Of a stretch of 64,000 nucleotides of DNA, positions 31,696-41,373 are shown in pieces (position 1 is the first letter of the stretch; each line of letters opens with the position of its first letter). The notes beneath the pieces are model-generated. The model was not told the origin of the DNA. It saw nothing but the letters and a program-made list of their open reading frames with translations, and ran no database searches. Position numbers and translations under genes: made by a program. This stretch comes from Myxococcota bacterium (GTDB lineage: Bacteria; Myxococcota_A; UBA9160; JAFDDA01): NCBI GenBank assembly GCA_965228475.1, contig OZ245817.1:3968001-4032000 (forward strand). The letters are read 5' to 3'.

Positions 31696-32804
31696 GGCGC
31701 TTCCCCTTCGACCACGCGCACGCGCTCGCCGTCGCGCACGAAGTGCTGTCCGCGGGTCACCAGGCGGTCGCCGACCACGAGCCCTTCACGGGCCTCGACG
31801 CGCTCGCCGTGGAGCGCGCCGAGCACGACCGGACGCCGCGATGCGTGCGGGGCCTCGGCCGCTCCACCGAGCACGAAGACGAACGGCGTGGCATCCGTAT
31901 CGCGCAGCACCGCCGAGGTGGGCACGAGCAGCAGCGACTCGGGCTCGCCGAGCAGGACCTCGACCTCCATGGCGAGCTCCGGCCGCAGGGCGCCATCGGG
32001 GTTCGCGAGCTCGATCTCGAAGGGAACGGTGCGCGTCGCCCGATCCGCCGCCACGTCGACGCGCGAGATCGTCCCCGCGAAGCTCCGGCCGGGCCAGAGC
32101 GGCGTGCGCAGCATCGCGGCACCGCCGACGACGAGCTTCGACGCCTCGGTGTCCGCCACCGCGGCCCGCACGTCGACCGGATCGAGCTGCACGAGCACGA
32201 GCACCGGGCTCGCCGCCGTCGCGCTCTCGTGGGCTTCGAGGAGGCGCCGCTCGACCACGCCGGAGATCGGAGCGCGCAGGACCGCCTTGCCGTGACGATC
32301 CCGGGCGGCTTCGAGGCGGACGCGCGCCTCCGAAAGCTCCGCCGAGGCCATCTCGGACGTGGAGAGCGCCCGGTCGTGGGCGCGGCGCGAGGTCGTGTCC
32401 CGGGCCAGCAGCGCTTCCTGGCGCGCGAGGGCGCGCTCGGCATCCGCGGCGTGGGCCTTGGCGCGCGCGACGGCCGCCCGGGCGGCCCGCACCTCCCGTG
32501 CGAGATCGTCGGCGTCGAGTTCGGCCAGGATCGCCCCGGCCTCGACGCGGTCGCCCTCTTCGACGTGAAAACGCTCGACGAAGCCCGCCACGCGGAAGGC
32601 GAGCTCGATCCGCGCCCGCGCCTCGACGACGCCCGGCACCACGAGCACCGGGGTCACCGGGCGCACGGCGAGTTCCTCGACCGAAACGGCCGTGGCGGTC
32701 TCCACGCGGGCGGAGACGGCCGGCGCGTCCTCGCATCCGAGCCCCCCCGCAAGCAACAGCCCGGCCAGGCCCCAGCGTGCGACGGCGGCGATTCTTCGAT
32801 TCAT
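31692..32804 (-). CDS. RND efflux periplasmic adaptor (MFP), lipoprotein
   Basis: GGAG SD, GLGC lipobox, VEEGDRVEAG, LRAPISG, ATRT. Confidence 0.9.
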   Translation of the reverse strand: MNRRIAAVARWGLAGLLLAGGLGCEDAPAVSARVETATAVSVEELAVRPVTPVLVVPGVVEARARIELAFRVAGFVERFHVEEGDRVEAGAILAELDADDLAREVRAARAAVARAKAHAADAERALARQEALLARDTTSRRAHDRALSTSEMASAELSEARVRLEAARDRHGKAVLRAPISGVVERRLLEAHESATAASPVLVLVQLDPVDVRAAVADTEASKLVVGGAAMLRTPLWPGRSFAGTISRVDVAADRATRTVPFEIELANPDGALRPELAMEVEVLLGEPESLLLVPTSAVLRDTDATPFVFVLGGAAEAPHASRRPVVLGALHGERVEAREGLVVGDRLVTRGQHFVRDGERVRVVEGEAP

Positions 32805-32873
32805 CTCTCGTTCTCCTCGGCTCGAGAGCCGGTGGATCGGACGGTTCGGAGAGGCCGCGGTCACGGGGACCTG

Positions 32874-32914
32874 AAAAGAGAAACGGCCTTCCGGGTGGTG
32901 CACCTGGAAGGCCG
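32874..32914 (-). terminator. Intrinsic terminator (attenuator) in RND operon leader
   Basis: Minus strand CGGCCUUCCAGGUG-CAC-CACCCGGAAGGCCG followed by UUUCUCUUUU. Confidence 0.8.
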
Positions 32915-32938
32915 AAAAAGACGAAAAGTCGGTTCTTC

Positions 32939-33079
32939 CTAGGTTGCCTCGGGCGTCTTCGCGTTCGGAGCGGCGACACGGAGCACGGCGCGGCAGACGA
33001 AACCCGTCGAGACGTGCATGGACGCAGCAACGCGCGGCGACGCGCAGAGCTCACGATGCGTTCGGTTCGGGTTGTTCAT
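32939..33079 (-). CDS. Putative leader peptide, 46 aa (MNNPNRTHRELCASPRVAASMHVSTGFVCRAVLRVAAPNAKTPEAT)
   Basis: GGAGGT SD 5 nt before ATG; lies between promoter and terminator; absent from ORF track. Confidence 0.6.
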   Translation of the reverse strand: MNNPNRTHRELCASPRVAASMHVSTGFVCRAVLRVAAPNAKTPEAT

Positions 33080-33106
33080 CAGGCACCTCCGGCAGGAAGT
33101 CGCCCG

Positions 33107-33156
33107 ACTCTATCCGACGCCCGGCGCGGGAGTCAACTGCCACTTTCCAGTGGCAG
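33107..33156 (-). promoter_or_regulatory. Sigma70-like promoter of RND leader with adjacent 8-bp inverted repeat
   Basis: TTGACT-18 nt-TAGAGT on minus strand; CTGCCACT-ttcc-AGTGGCAG (33137-33156) abuts the -35. Confidence 0.6.
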
Positions 33157-33212
33157 CGCCTCCGCCCGGCGGCGGCGCTCCGAGGAGCCTTCGCAGGCCC
33201 CGGGGCGGCCGC

Positions 33213-34076
33213 CTAGCGCCAGCAGGCCAGGTACGGGAGCCAGGAGTCCTCGGTCTCGTAGTGGTCGACCTTGTCGAGATCCGAGGAGGCCTCGCCGTCC
33301 TCGTCGAGATACTCGGCGTAGACGTCGACCCGGGAGAAACCGGCCTCGGCCGCGACGTCCCGCAGCTCGGGAACGCTCCACATCCGCCAGTCGTAGTGGA
33401 AGGCGCTCTTCAGCATCGAGCCATCGGGGAAACGGAAGTGGATCTTGCGCACGCCGCGGTGCGTGATGCCGTCGACCGGCTTCTGCTCCCAGATGTACGT
33501 GAACTTCTTGAGCTCGCGCTCCTCCCACTCTTCCTCGATCGCGCTCGTCCCGGCATGGTTGTCGAGGAAGAACACGCCGTCGTCGACGAGGCTCTCGCGC
33601 ACGGACCGGAAGTAGTCGAGCAGCTGCTGGCGCTCGTGGAAGACGCAGTAGGAGAAGTTGAAGGCGCAGACGATGTCGACCTTCGGCTCCACCACGTCGA
33701 GCACGTTCTTCTCGAGCAGGGTGATGCGCTTGGCCGCCTTCTTGATGCGGGCGAGGTTGTGCTCGCGGCCCCAGTCGAGCGTCGGCGCATCGAGGTCGAC
33801 GCCGATCGCCGTGCGGTCCTTGCGGGTCTTCACCCACTCGCAGGAGATCAGCGCCGTTCCGCAGAAGTCCTCCCGCAGGGAGAGCGCACGGCGGCCCGTG
33901 GTCTCCCGGAAGGCCCGGTCCATGAGCTCGATGTCGACGGAGGGCTCCTGCACGGCCTGCTGGTAGAGCACGTGCCGGTCGGCGGTCTCCGCCCGCGGTG
34001 TGCGCTTGCTGCGCCGCTCCTTGCCCTTGCCCTTCGCCTTGCGGCGCTTCTTGTCCTTCTTGCTGCGCTTCGCCAC
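33213..34076 (-). CDS. Class I SAM-dependent methyltransferase-like protein with basic N-terminal tail
   Basis: [36 protein letters not shown]. Confidence 0.8.
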   Translation of the reverse strand: MAKRSKKDKKRRKAKGKGKERRSKRTPRAETADRHVLYQQAVQEPSVDIELMDRAFRETTGRRALSLREDFCGTALISCEWVKTRKDRTAIGVDLDAPTLDWGREHNLARIKKAAKRITLLEKNVLDVVEPKVDIVCAFNFSYCVFHERQQLLDYFRSVRESLVDDGVFFLDNHAGTSAIEEEWEERELKKFTYIWEQKPVDGITHRGVRKIHFRFPDGSMLKSAFHYDWRMWSVPELRDVAAEAGFSRVDVYAEYLDEDGEASSDLDKVDHYETEDSWLPYLACWR

Positions 34077-34152
34077 CTCACCCCTCCGCGATTCGCCGCA
34101 TCCTACAACGGATCCGTGGGATACTGCCGCCCGCTTCGTACGAGGAGGGTGC

Positions 34153-36279
34153 ATGCGAGGAATCGGATCGATCGGGTGGGCGGCCCTGTTCGCGCTGGCC
34201 GTCGCGGGCTGCGGTGGCGAGGAGGCCGTCGAGGCCCCGGCGGAAGGCGCGGCTCCGGCGGCAGTCACCGAGGGGTCCGAAGCGACCGATCCGGCCTCAG
34301 AGGAGCGTGCGGCCACGGGCCCGGCCGGGCTCGACGACGCCCGTCTCCGCGCGGCCGCCGGCGACGCGGACAACTGGCTGAGCCACGGGCGCGACTACGC
34401 CGAGCAGCGTTTCAGCCCCCTCCGCCAGGTCGATGCCGACAACGTCGGGAAGCTCGTGCGCGTCTGGAGCTTCGAGACAGGGCTCTCGCGCGGCCACGAG
34501 GCGACCCCCATCGTCGTCGACGGCCGCATGTTCCTGACGGGCTCCTGGAGCATCGTCTTCGCGCTCGATGCCCGGACGGGTGAAGAGCTCTGGCGCTACG
34601 ACCCGCAGGTCCCCCGCGAGACCGCCGTGAAGGCGTGCTGCGACGTCGTGAACCGGGGCGTGGCCGTGTACCGCGGCAAGGTCTACGTCGGCACCCTCGA
34701 CGGCCGCCTCGTCGCCCTCGACGCGGAGACGGGGGATCCGGTCTGGGAGACCGTGACCGTCGACCCCGAGAAGGACTACACCGTCACCGGCGCGCCGCGC
34801 ATCGTGAAGGGCCACGTGATCCTCGGCAACGGCGGCGCGGAGTTCGGCGTGCGCGGTTACGTCTCCGCCTACGACGCCGAGACCGGCGAGCTCGCCTGGC
34901 GGACCTTCACCGTGCCGGGCGACCCCTCGAAGCCCTTCGAGTCCGAGGCCCTCGAGCGCGCGGCCGGGACCTGGACCGGCGAGTGGTGGAAAGCCGGCGG
35001 CGGCGGCACGGCCTGGGACAGCATGGCCTACGACCCGGACCTCGATCTGCTCTACGTCGGCACCGGCAACGGCTCGCCCTGGAGCCGCTACACGCGCAGC
35101 CCCGGCGGCGGCGACAACCTCTACGTGTGCAGCATCCTGGCCCTGCGCCCGGACACCGGCGAGCTCGTCTGGCACTTCCAGACCACGCCCGGGGACACCT
35201 GGGACTACACCTCGACCCAGCACATGATCCTCGCGGACCTCATGATCGAGGGCCGGCTGCGCAAGGTGCTGATGCAGGCGCCGAAGAACGGCTTCTTCTG
35301 GGTGATCGACCGCGAGAGCGGCGAGTTCATCTCGGCCGAACCCTACGTGACGGTGACCTGGGCCGACGGCGTCGACCCCAAGACGGGCCGCCCGATCCCG
35401 AGCGCATCGGGGGAGTACGACCAGGGCCTCGCCATGGTCCAGCCGACGGCCTTCGGCGGGCACAACTGGCAGCCGATGTCCTTCAACCCGGTCACCGGGC
35501 TCGTCTACGTCCCGGCCCAGGAGATCCTCGGCGCCTACGCCCTCGACGAGGACTTCAAGCGAACGACGAACCACTTCAACACCGGCACCGATCACTCGGT
35601 GTTCGCGACGCTCACCCGCGAAGTCGTCGGCGGGCACCTGCTCGCCTGGGACCCGGTCGAGCAGCGCGAGGCCTGGCGCCACCCCTACGCCATGCCCTGG
35701 AACGGCGGCACGCTCACCACGGCCGGCAACCTCGTCTTCCAGGGCACCGCCGACGGCCGTTTCCTGGCCCTGCGCGCGGACGACGGCCGCAAGCTCTGGG
35801 AGGCCCACGCCGGCTCCGGCGTGATCGCGGCGCCGGTGAGCTATGCGGTCGACGGCGTGCAGTTCATCACGGTCGTGGCGGGTTGGGGCGGCGCCTTCGC
35901 CCTCGCCGGAGGCGACGCCGCGGGACAGGCCGGCGTGATCTCGCGCGGCATCGTCAACACCTACGCGCTCTTCGACCAGCCGATCACCTCCGCCGTGGTC
36001 CGTGCCCTGCTCGACGCCCGCCCCCCCGAGACGGCCCGCAACGAGGACCTCTTCCACACCTGGTGCGCCCGCTGCCACGGAGCCCGCGCCGTCGGCTCCG
36101 GCGTGATCTCGGACCTCCGGTACGCCATCGGCCGCCTCGGCGACGATTTCGACGTGGTGGTGCGCGACGGGCTCCTCGGCGCCGGCATGCCCGCCTTCGA
36201 CGGCATCCTCGACGAAGCCGAGGTCGCCGGGCTCAGGACCTACCTGCTGGAACGCGCCGCCGAGGACGGCCTTCGGTGA
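34153..36279 (+). CDS. PQQ-dependent quinohemoprotein alcohol dehydrogenase (lipoprotein; C-terminal cytochrome c)
   Basis: VAGC lipobox, [10 protein letters not shown]-docking repeats, WDYTS, CARCH heme motif. Confidence 0.92.
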   Translation: MRGIGSIGWAALFALAVAGCGGEEAVEAPAEGAAPAAVTEGSEATDPASEERAATGPAGLDDARLRAAAGDADNWLSHGRDYAEQRFSPLRQVDADNVGKLVRVWSFETGLSRGHEATPIVVDGRMFLTGSWSIVFALDARTGEELWRYDPQVPRETAVKACCDVVNRGVAVYRGKVYVGTLDGRLVALDAETGDPVWETVTVDPEKDYTVTGAPRIVKGHVILGNGGAEFGVRGYVSAYDAETGELAWRTFTVPGDPSKPFESEALERAAGTWTGEWWKAGGGGTAWDSMAYDPDLDLLYVGTGNGSPWSRYTRSPGGGDNLYVCSILALRPDTGELVWHFQTTPGDTWDYTSTQHMILADLMIEGRLRKVLMQAPKNGFFWVIDRESGEFISAEPYVTVTWADGVDPKTGRPIPSASGEYDQGLAMVQPTAFGGHNWQPMSFNPVTGLVYVPAQEILGAYALDEDFKRTTNHFNTGTDHSVFATLTREVVGGHLLAWDPVEQREAWRHPYAMPWNGGTLTTAGNLVFQGTADGRFLALRADDGRKLWEAHAGSGVIAAPVSYAVDGVQFITVVAGWGGAFALAGGDAAGQAGVISRGIVNTYALFDQPITSAVVRALLDARPPETARNEDLFHTWCARCHGARAVGSGVISDLRYAIGRLGDDFDVVVRDGLLGAGMPAFDGILDEAEVAGLRTYLLERAAEDGLR

Positions 36280-36451
36280 GCCTGACTGAGGGCTTGCACA
36301 CCCACCCCCTTCTGCATTCGGACCTTGGGCTTTTTCGGGTTCGGGCCGATAAGGGAGTGCAACTCGGGCTTGGATGCCTTTGAATCTGCTTGAACTCGAT
36401 CGGCGCGGGCGTTATCAACTCCGTCGCGTGGACCGAACCACAGGAGTCTTC

Positions 36452-36949
36452 ATGAAGTTCGTTCGTATCGTCGGTCTCATCGGTGCCGCTGCCTTCCTGC
36501 AGGGCTGCGCCCAGCTCGGCTACGAGTGCCCGGAGTGCTGCCCGCGGCCCGTCATGGCCCAGGCGCCCGCGTACACGCCGCCGCCGGCCCCGGCTCCCGA
36601 CCCCTGCTCGGGCGTGATCCGGCTGCGAGGCGTCAACTTCGACTTTGACCGCGACACGCTTCGCCCCGAGTCGTTCCCGATCCTCAATCGGGCGGCCGAG
36701 CGCCTGCGTCAGTGCGGCAGCGAGCGCCTGCAGGTCGAGGGCCACACGGACTCGATCGGCAGCGACGCCTACAACCAGGACCTTTCGGAGCGCCGCGCGC
36801 GCACCGTGCGGGACTACCTCGTTTCTCGCGGTGTCGCGGGCAGCCGCATCACCTCGGCGGGCTTCGGCGAGAGCCGCCCGATCGCGAGCAACGACAACCC
36901 GGACGGCCGGTTCCTGAACCGCCGCGTCGAGGTCCGCTTCCTCGACTGA
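36452..36949 (+). CDS. OmpA-family peptidoglycan-binding lipoprotein
   Basis: LQGC lipobox, VNFDFD, EGHTDSIG..YNQDLSERRA, NRRVE. Confidence 0.92.
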   Translation: MKFVRIVGLIGAAAFLQGCAQLGYECPECCPRPVMAQAPAYTPPPAPAPDPCSGVIRLRGVNFDFDRDTLRPESFPILNRAAERLRQCGSERLQVEGHTDSIGSDAYNQDLSERRARTVRDYLVSRGVAGSRITSAGFGESRPIASNDNPDGRFLNRRVEVRFLD

Positions 36950-36972
36950 GCCACGGGCTCGACCGGAACCTG

Positions 36973-37012
36973 GAAGGGGCGTCGCGGATTCGCGGCGCCC
37001 CTTCTTCTTTTT
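36973..37012 (+). terminator. Intrinsic terminator after OmpA-family gene
   Basis: GAAGGGGCGTCGCG-gatt-CGCGGCGCCCCTTC followed by TTCTTTTT. Confidence 0.85.
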
Positions 37013-37230
37013 GCGCGCTTTCTTCCGAACTTTCTTTCGGGCCGGTGCGTCTGCACACCGGGAGCCCGTGATCCGAATCACGGCAGACCGGCAGTCGGCT
37101 CGCAAGCGCTCGGCATCCCCTCACGCAAGCCGGCCCCGCCCCAGCCGAAGCACCCGCCCCTCAAGGCCCGGTGCTTCTCCTCCGCAGAGCAGTGTGGAGG
37201 GGGCGGTACCCGCGGGAGGGGGTCGTCCAC

Positions 37231-39864
37231 GTGCATCGAGCGCAACGTTTCGCGAGCCGCGAGGCTCGTCACGGACATCAGGGAATCTCGAACCTCGGCG
37301 CCTGGCTCTGCGCAGCCTTGCTGCTGCTCGGCGGCCTGTCGGCCGGCGTCGCCCACGCCGAAGAGGGTGGCGCGGCGGTGGATCGCGTCGTGGAGCGCGC
37401 GGTCGAGACCGGCCGCGTGCGCGTGATCGTCCGCGTCCAGCCCGTTCAGGATTTCGAAGAGCGCTACGGCCAGTACTTCGGCCGTCAGGATCAGCGCGAG
37501 CGGATGCGCGCCCGCATCGGGATCGCCCAGCTCGACGTGCTCGGCCGCCTGCCCGGCGGAAGCCTCCACGACGCTCGCTCCTACCCGGACCTCCCCTACC
37601 TCGCGCTCGAGGTCGGCCTCGACGCCCTCGACGAGCTGGCCGTCGACCCGGACGTCGTGGAGGTCGAACTCGACGTCCCGGCCCGGCGGGCGCTCTCGAC
37701 GAGCAGTCCCGTCGTCGGTGCCCCGGACGCCTGGGCGGCCGGCGCGACGGGCGACGGCTGGAACGTCGCCATCCTCGATACGGGCGTCGACTCGAGCCAC
37801 GGCTTCCTTCCGGGCAAGGTCGTCGCCGAGGCCTGCTTCTCCACGACCACGTCCTTCTCTTCGAGCCTCTGTCCCTCGGGCGGCGAGGTCCAGGTCGGCC
37901 CCGGTGCGGGCGCGGCCTGCGACCCGGCGGTTGCCGGCTGCAGCCACGGCACCCACGTCGCGGGGATCGCGGCGGGCACCGGCGGCAGTTTCCACGGCGT
38001 CGCGCGCGAGGGCGGCATCATCGCGATCCAGGTCTTCTCCCGCTTCGACGACCCGGCGGACTGCTCGCCGGGCTCGGCACCGTGCGCGTTGGCGTGGTCC
38101 TCGGATCAGATCGCCGCCCTGCAGCACGTCTACGACCTGCGCAACGACTTCGACATCGCCTCGGTCAACATGAGCCTCGGCGGCGGCGTCTATTCGAGCC
38201 AGGCCACCTGCGACGCCAACAACGCCGGCACCAAGGCCGCGATCGATCAGCTGCGCTCCGTCGGCATCGCGACGGTGATCTCGAGCGGCAACAACGGCTC
38301 CTCGAGCGGCGTGAGCTCGCCGGGCTGCATCTCGACGGCCGTCGCAGTCGGAGCGACGACCGACAGCGACGCCATCGCGAGCTTCTCGAACAGCTCCTCC
38401 CTGCTCGACCTGCTCGCGCCCGGCGTCTCGGTGCGCTCCTCCGTCGCGGGCGGTGGCTACGGCACCTGGAACGGCACCTCGATGGCGGCGCCCCACGTCG
38501 CCGGCGCCTGGGCCGTGCTCAAGCACGCCAACCCCACGGCCTCGGTGAGCGACGTCCTCACGCTCCTGCAGAACACGGGCGTCTCCCTCACGGACCCGCG
38601 CAACGGCGTGACCCGGCCGCGCATCCGCGTCGGCGCCGCGGTCGCGAACGAGCCGCCCACGCCGGCTCCGGAAGCGCCGACCCTCGTCTCTCCGGCCGGC
38701 ACCGTCACCACGGCGCGGCCGACCTTCGTCTGGAACTCGGTCCCGGGCGGCGACGACTACCACCTCTTCGTGAGCGACGCGACGGGCACCGTCGTCGACC
38801 AGTCCTTCAGCGGCGCGAGCCTCGGTTGCGGCGGCGGCGGAAGCTGCTCGGTCGAATCCCCGGCGAGCCTCACGCCCGGCAGCGTCACGTGGTGGGTCCG
38901 TGCCACCAACGATGCGGGTCCGGGCGTCTGGAGCGAGGGGCAGGGCTTCAGCTACGTCCAGGAAGCGGTGGGGAACGTCACGACCGTCTCGCCGACGGGC
39001 CTGATCGCCACGGCGACGCCCGACTTCACCTGGAGCGCCGAGGACGCCTCGACCTGGTACCAGCTCTGGGTGAGCGACCCGAACGGCACCGTGGTGAACC
39101 GCTGGTACACCGCCGCCCAGGCCGGCTGTGCGGGCGGCGGAACCTGCTCCGTCAGCCCCGGCGCGAGCGTCGCCCCGGGCCAGAGCCGCTGGTGGGTGCG
39201 CGGATGGAACGCCTCGGGCGCCGGACCGTGGACCGCCGCGATCGCCTTCTGGCGCGACGGCGGAGCCCCGCCCGCCGCGACCCTCGTCTCGCCGAGCGGC
39301 GCGGGCACGGCAGCAACGCCGACCTTCACCTGGAACGCCGTGGCCTCGTCGACCTGGTACGAAGTCTGGGTCGACGACGGCTCGGGCCACCGCTTCGACG
39401 AGTGGTACACCGCCGAGGACGTGGGCTGTGGCGCCGGCGGCGGCAACTGCACCCTCGTCTCGCCGGTCGCGCTGGCGGCCGGAAGCGGGCGCTGGTGGGT
39501 CCGGACCTACAACGCCGATGGCAACGGGCCGTGGAGCTCGGGCATGGACTTCTCGCGCGCGGCCGCAACGCCGGCCGCTGCGACGCTCGTCGCGCCCGCG
39601 GGCGGTGGCACACCGGCGGTACCGACCTTCACCTGGAACGCGGTCGCCGACTCGACCTGGTACGAAGTCTCGGTGAACGACGCGACCGGCAACCGCTTCT
39701 CGACCTGGTACACCGCGGCGGAAGTGGGTTGCGACGGCGGCGGCACGTGCACGCTCACTTCGCCCGTCGGCCTGGCTTCGGGTGCGGGGGTCTGGTGGGT
39801 ACGGACGTACAACGCCGACGGCAACGGGCCGTGGAGCGACGCGGCCCACTTCGTCGTGCCCTAG
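37231..39864 (+). CDS. Secreted S8 subtilisin-like serine peptidase with four C-terminal Fn3/Ig-like repeats
   Basis: ILDTG, SHGTH, GTSMA triad motifs; signal peptide (VAHA); four ~100-aa repeats; start uncertain. Confidence 0.9.
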   Translation: MHRAQRFASREARHGHQGISNLGAWLCAALLLLGGLSAGVAHAEEGGAAVDRVVERAVETGRVRVIVRVQPVQDFEERYGQYFGRQDQRERMRARIGIAQLDVLGRLPGGSLHDARSYPDLPYLALEVGLDALDELAVDPDVVEVELDVPARRALSTSSPVVGAPDAWAAGATGDGWNVAILDTGVDSSHGFLPGKVVAEACFSTTTSFSSSLCPSGGEVQVGPGAGAACDPAVAGCSHGTHVAGIAAGTGGSFHGVAREGGIIAIQVFSRFDDPADCSPGSAPCALAWSSDQIAALQHVYDLRNDFDIASVNMSLGGGVYSSQATCDANNAGTKAAIDQLRSVGIATVISSGNNGSSSGVSSPGCISTAVAVGATTDSDAIASFSNSSSLLDLLAPGVSVRSSVAGGGYGTWNGTSMAAPHVAGAWAVLKHANPTASVSDVLTLLQNTGVSLTDPRNGVTRPRIRVGAAVANEPPTPAPEAPTLVSPAGTVTTARPTFVWNSVPGGDDYHLFVSDATGTVVDQSFSGASLGCGGGGSCSVESPASLTPGSVTWWVRATNDAGPGVWSEGQGFSYVQEAVGNVTTVSPTGLIATATPDFTWSAEDASTWYQLWVSDPNGTVVNRWYTAAQAGCAGGGTCSVSPGASVAPGQSRWWVRGWNASGAGPWTAAIAFWRDGGAPPAATLVSPSGAGTAATPTFTWNAVASSTWYEVWVDDGSGHRFDEWYTAEDVGCGAGGGNCTLVSPVALAAGSGRWWVRTYNADGNGPWSSGMDFSRAAATPAAATLVAPAGGGTPAVPTFTWNAVADSTWYEVSVNDATGNRFSTWYTAAEVGCDGGGTCTLTSPVGLASGAGVWWVRTYNADGNGPWSDAAHFVVP

Positions 39865-39964
39865 GCGGTTCGCGAAGAGCGAACTAGAGCCGATCTCGAA
39901 CACTGTGAAGCGGGCTCGGCCCTCCTCGGTGGGCCGGACCCGCAGGACGTTTCTGAGACGGGCT

Positions 39965-40657
39965 CTAGTGCGAGCGGCGCAGGTTGTATTTGAGGATGCA
40001 CCACAGCGCGCGCACGCCGTCCGAGAAGCCGATCTTCTTGCCTTCTTCGTAGGTGCGGCCGGCATAGGAGATGCCGACCTCGTAGATGCGCGCGTCGAGG
40101 CGCGCGACCTTCGCGGTGATCTCCGGCTCGAAGCCGAAGCGATCCTCTTCGATGCGGATCTTCTGGAGGATCTCGCGGCGGAAGGCCTTGTAGCAGACCT
40201 CCATGTCCGTGAGGTTCAGGTTGGTCATCATGTTCGAGAGCAGGGTCAGCCCCTTGTTCGCCACCGAGTGCCAGAAATAGAGCACGCGGTGGGAGTCGCC
40301 GCCGGCGAAGCGCGAGCCGTAGACGACGTCCGCGCGGCCATCGGCGATCGGGCCGATCACTTTCAGGAGATCGTTCGGGTCGTACTCGAGGTCGGCGTCC
40401 TGCACGACCACGACGTCGCCCCGGGCGTGCTCGAACCCCGACCGAAGGGCCGCACCCTTGCCGCGGTTCTCCGGATGCTCGACGAGCTGGATCGCGCCGG
40501 TGGCCGCGATCTCGCGCAGGCGCTCACGGGTGCCGTCGCGGGAGAAGTCGTCGACGACGACGATCTCCTTGTCGAAGGGCACGGCCTTCACGCGGTCGAG
40601 GATCTCGTCGATCGTCTCGATCTCGTCGTAGGCGGGAATGACGACGGAAACCTTCAT
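39965..40657 (-). CDS. Glycosyltransferase family 2 (polyprenol-phosphate glycosyltransferase-like)
   Basis: VVIPAYDE, VDDFSRDGT, QDADLEYDP, FGFEPEIT. Confidence 0.92.
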   Translation of the reverse strand: MKVSVVIPAYDEIETIDEILDRVKAVPFDKEIVVVDDFSRDGTRERLREIAATGAIQLVEHPENRGKGAALRSGFEHARGDVVVVQDADLEYDPNDLLKVIGPIADGRADVVYGSRFAGGDSHRVLYFWHSVANKGLTLLSNMMTNLNLTDMEVCYKAFRREILQKIRIEEDRFGFEPEITAKVARLDARIYEVGISYAGRTYEEGKKIGFSDGVRALWCILKYNLRRSH

Positions 40658-40703
40658 GGTCTTCCTTGCGCCGGCCGGGGCACCCTCACGGCGCCCGGGC
40701 CCG

Positions 40704-40746
40704 AAAACAGGGAAGCCCCCACGCCGGCTCGGCGAGAGGGCTTCCC
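40704..40746 (-). terminator. Probable terminator after coiled-coil lipoprotein gene
   Basis: GGGAAGCCC...GGGCTTCCC stem followed on minus strand by UGUUUU. Confidence 0.6.
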
Positions 40747-40765
40747 GAGAGCTTCGCGCGCGAGG

Positions 40766-41254
40766 CTAGTTGCGGCGCGACTGGCGCAGCCGCGTCACCT
40801 CGTTCTCGAGCGCGTACTTCTCCTTGAGAAGCTTGTCCCGGAGCGCCCACTTCTCCTTCATGAGCTGCTCGCGCTGCTCGTACTGCTGGGCGAGGAGCTT
40901 GTCCCGCTCGGTGACCTTCGCGGCCGCGAGACCGTCGCGCTCGGTGACCAGGGCGTCACGCTGCTTGATCAGGTCCGCGCGCTGGGCCAGCAGCGCCTCG
41001 CGCTGGGAGAGCAGCTCGCCGCGCTGCTGGAGTGCGGCGTCACGCTCCTGGGTGGTCGCCGCCAGCTGATTGCGCAGCCGGTTCAGCTCGGTCACGGCGT
41101 CTTCGCGCTCGCTGGCCATGCGATCCCGGTCGCTGACGACACTGTTCCGCTGGGAGACCATGTCCTGGTACTTGCCGTTGGAAACGCAGCCGGCGAGCGG
41201 AAGTGCCAGCGCCAGCACCAGGCCGTGGATCGTCAAATTTGCAGGGGCGTTCAT
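40766..41254 (-). CDS. Coiled-coil lipoprotein with heptad repeats
   Basis: LAGC lipobox; repeated (Q/E)RxxLL heptads; AAGGAA upstream. Confidence 0.75.
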   Translation of the reverse strand: MNAPANLTIHGLVLALALPLAGCVSNGKYQDMVSQRNSVVSDRDRMASEREDAVTELNRLRNQLAATTQERDAALQQRGELLSQREALLAQRADLIKQRDALVTERDGLAAAKVTERDKLLAQQYEQREQLMKEKWALRDKLLKEKYALENEVTRLRQSRRN

Positions 41255-41373
41255 CGCGTTCCTTCCCTCAATTCCGTCGAATGTCTCGGTTCGCTCGCTT
41301 AGAGCGGTGCAAACCTCGACGGGCTCGTGCCCGGGTCGAAGCAGCAGCGGTTCGAAGCAGCAGCCGCCGGAGG

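Noticed and set aside
35190..35225. Lanthanide-dependent (XoxF/PedH-type) PQQ dehydrogenase
   Set aside because: Active-site motif is D-Y-T (WDYTS), not the D-x-D associated with lanthanide binding; Ca-type is more likely
36345..36352. GCCGATAA sigma28-like -10 upstream of the OmpA gene
   Set aside because: No TAAA-like -35 at the expected spacing
36960..37040. Lys/Arg-rich peptide (RKKVRKKARKKKK) in ORF 36233-37105
   Set aside because: It is the reverse translation of the terminator T-tract region
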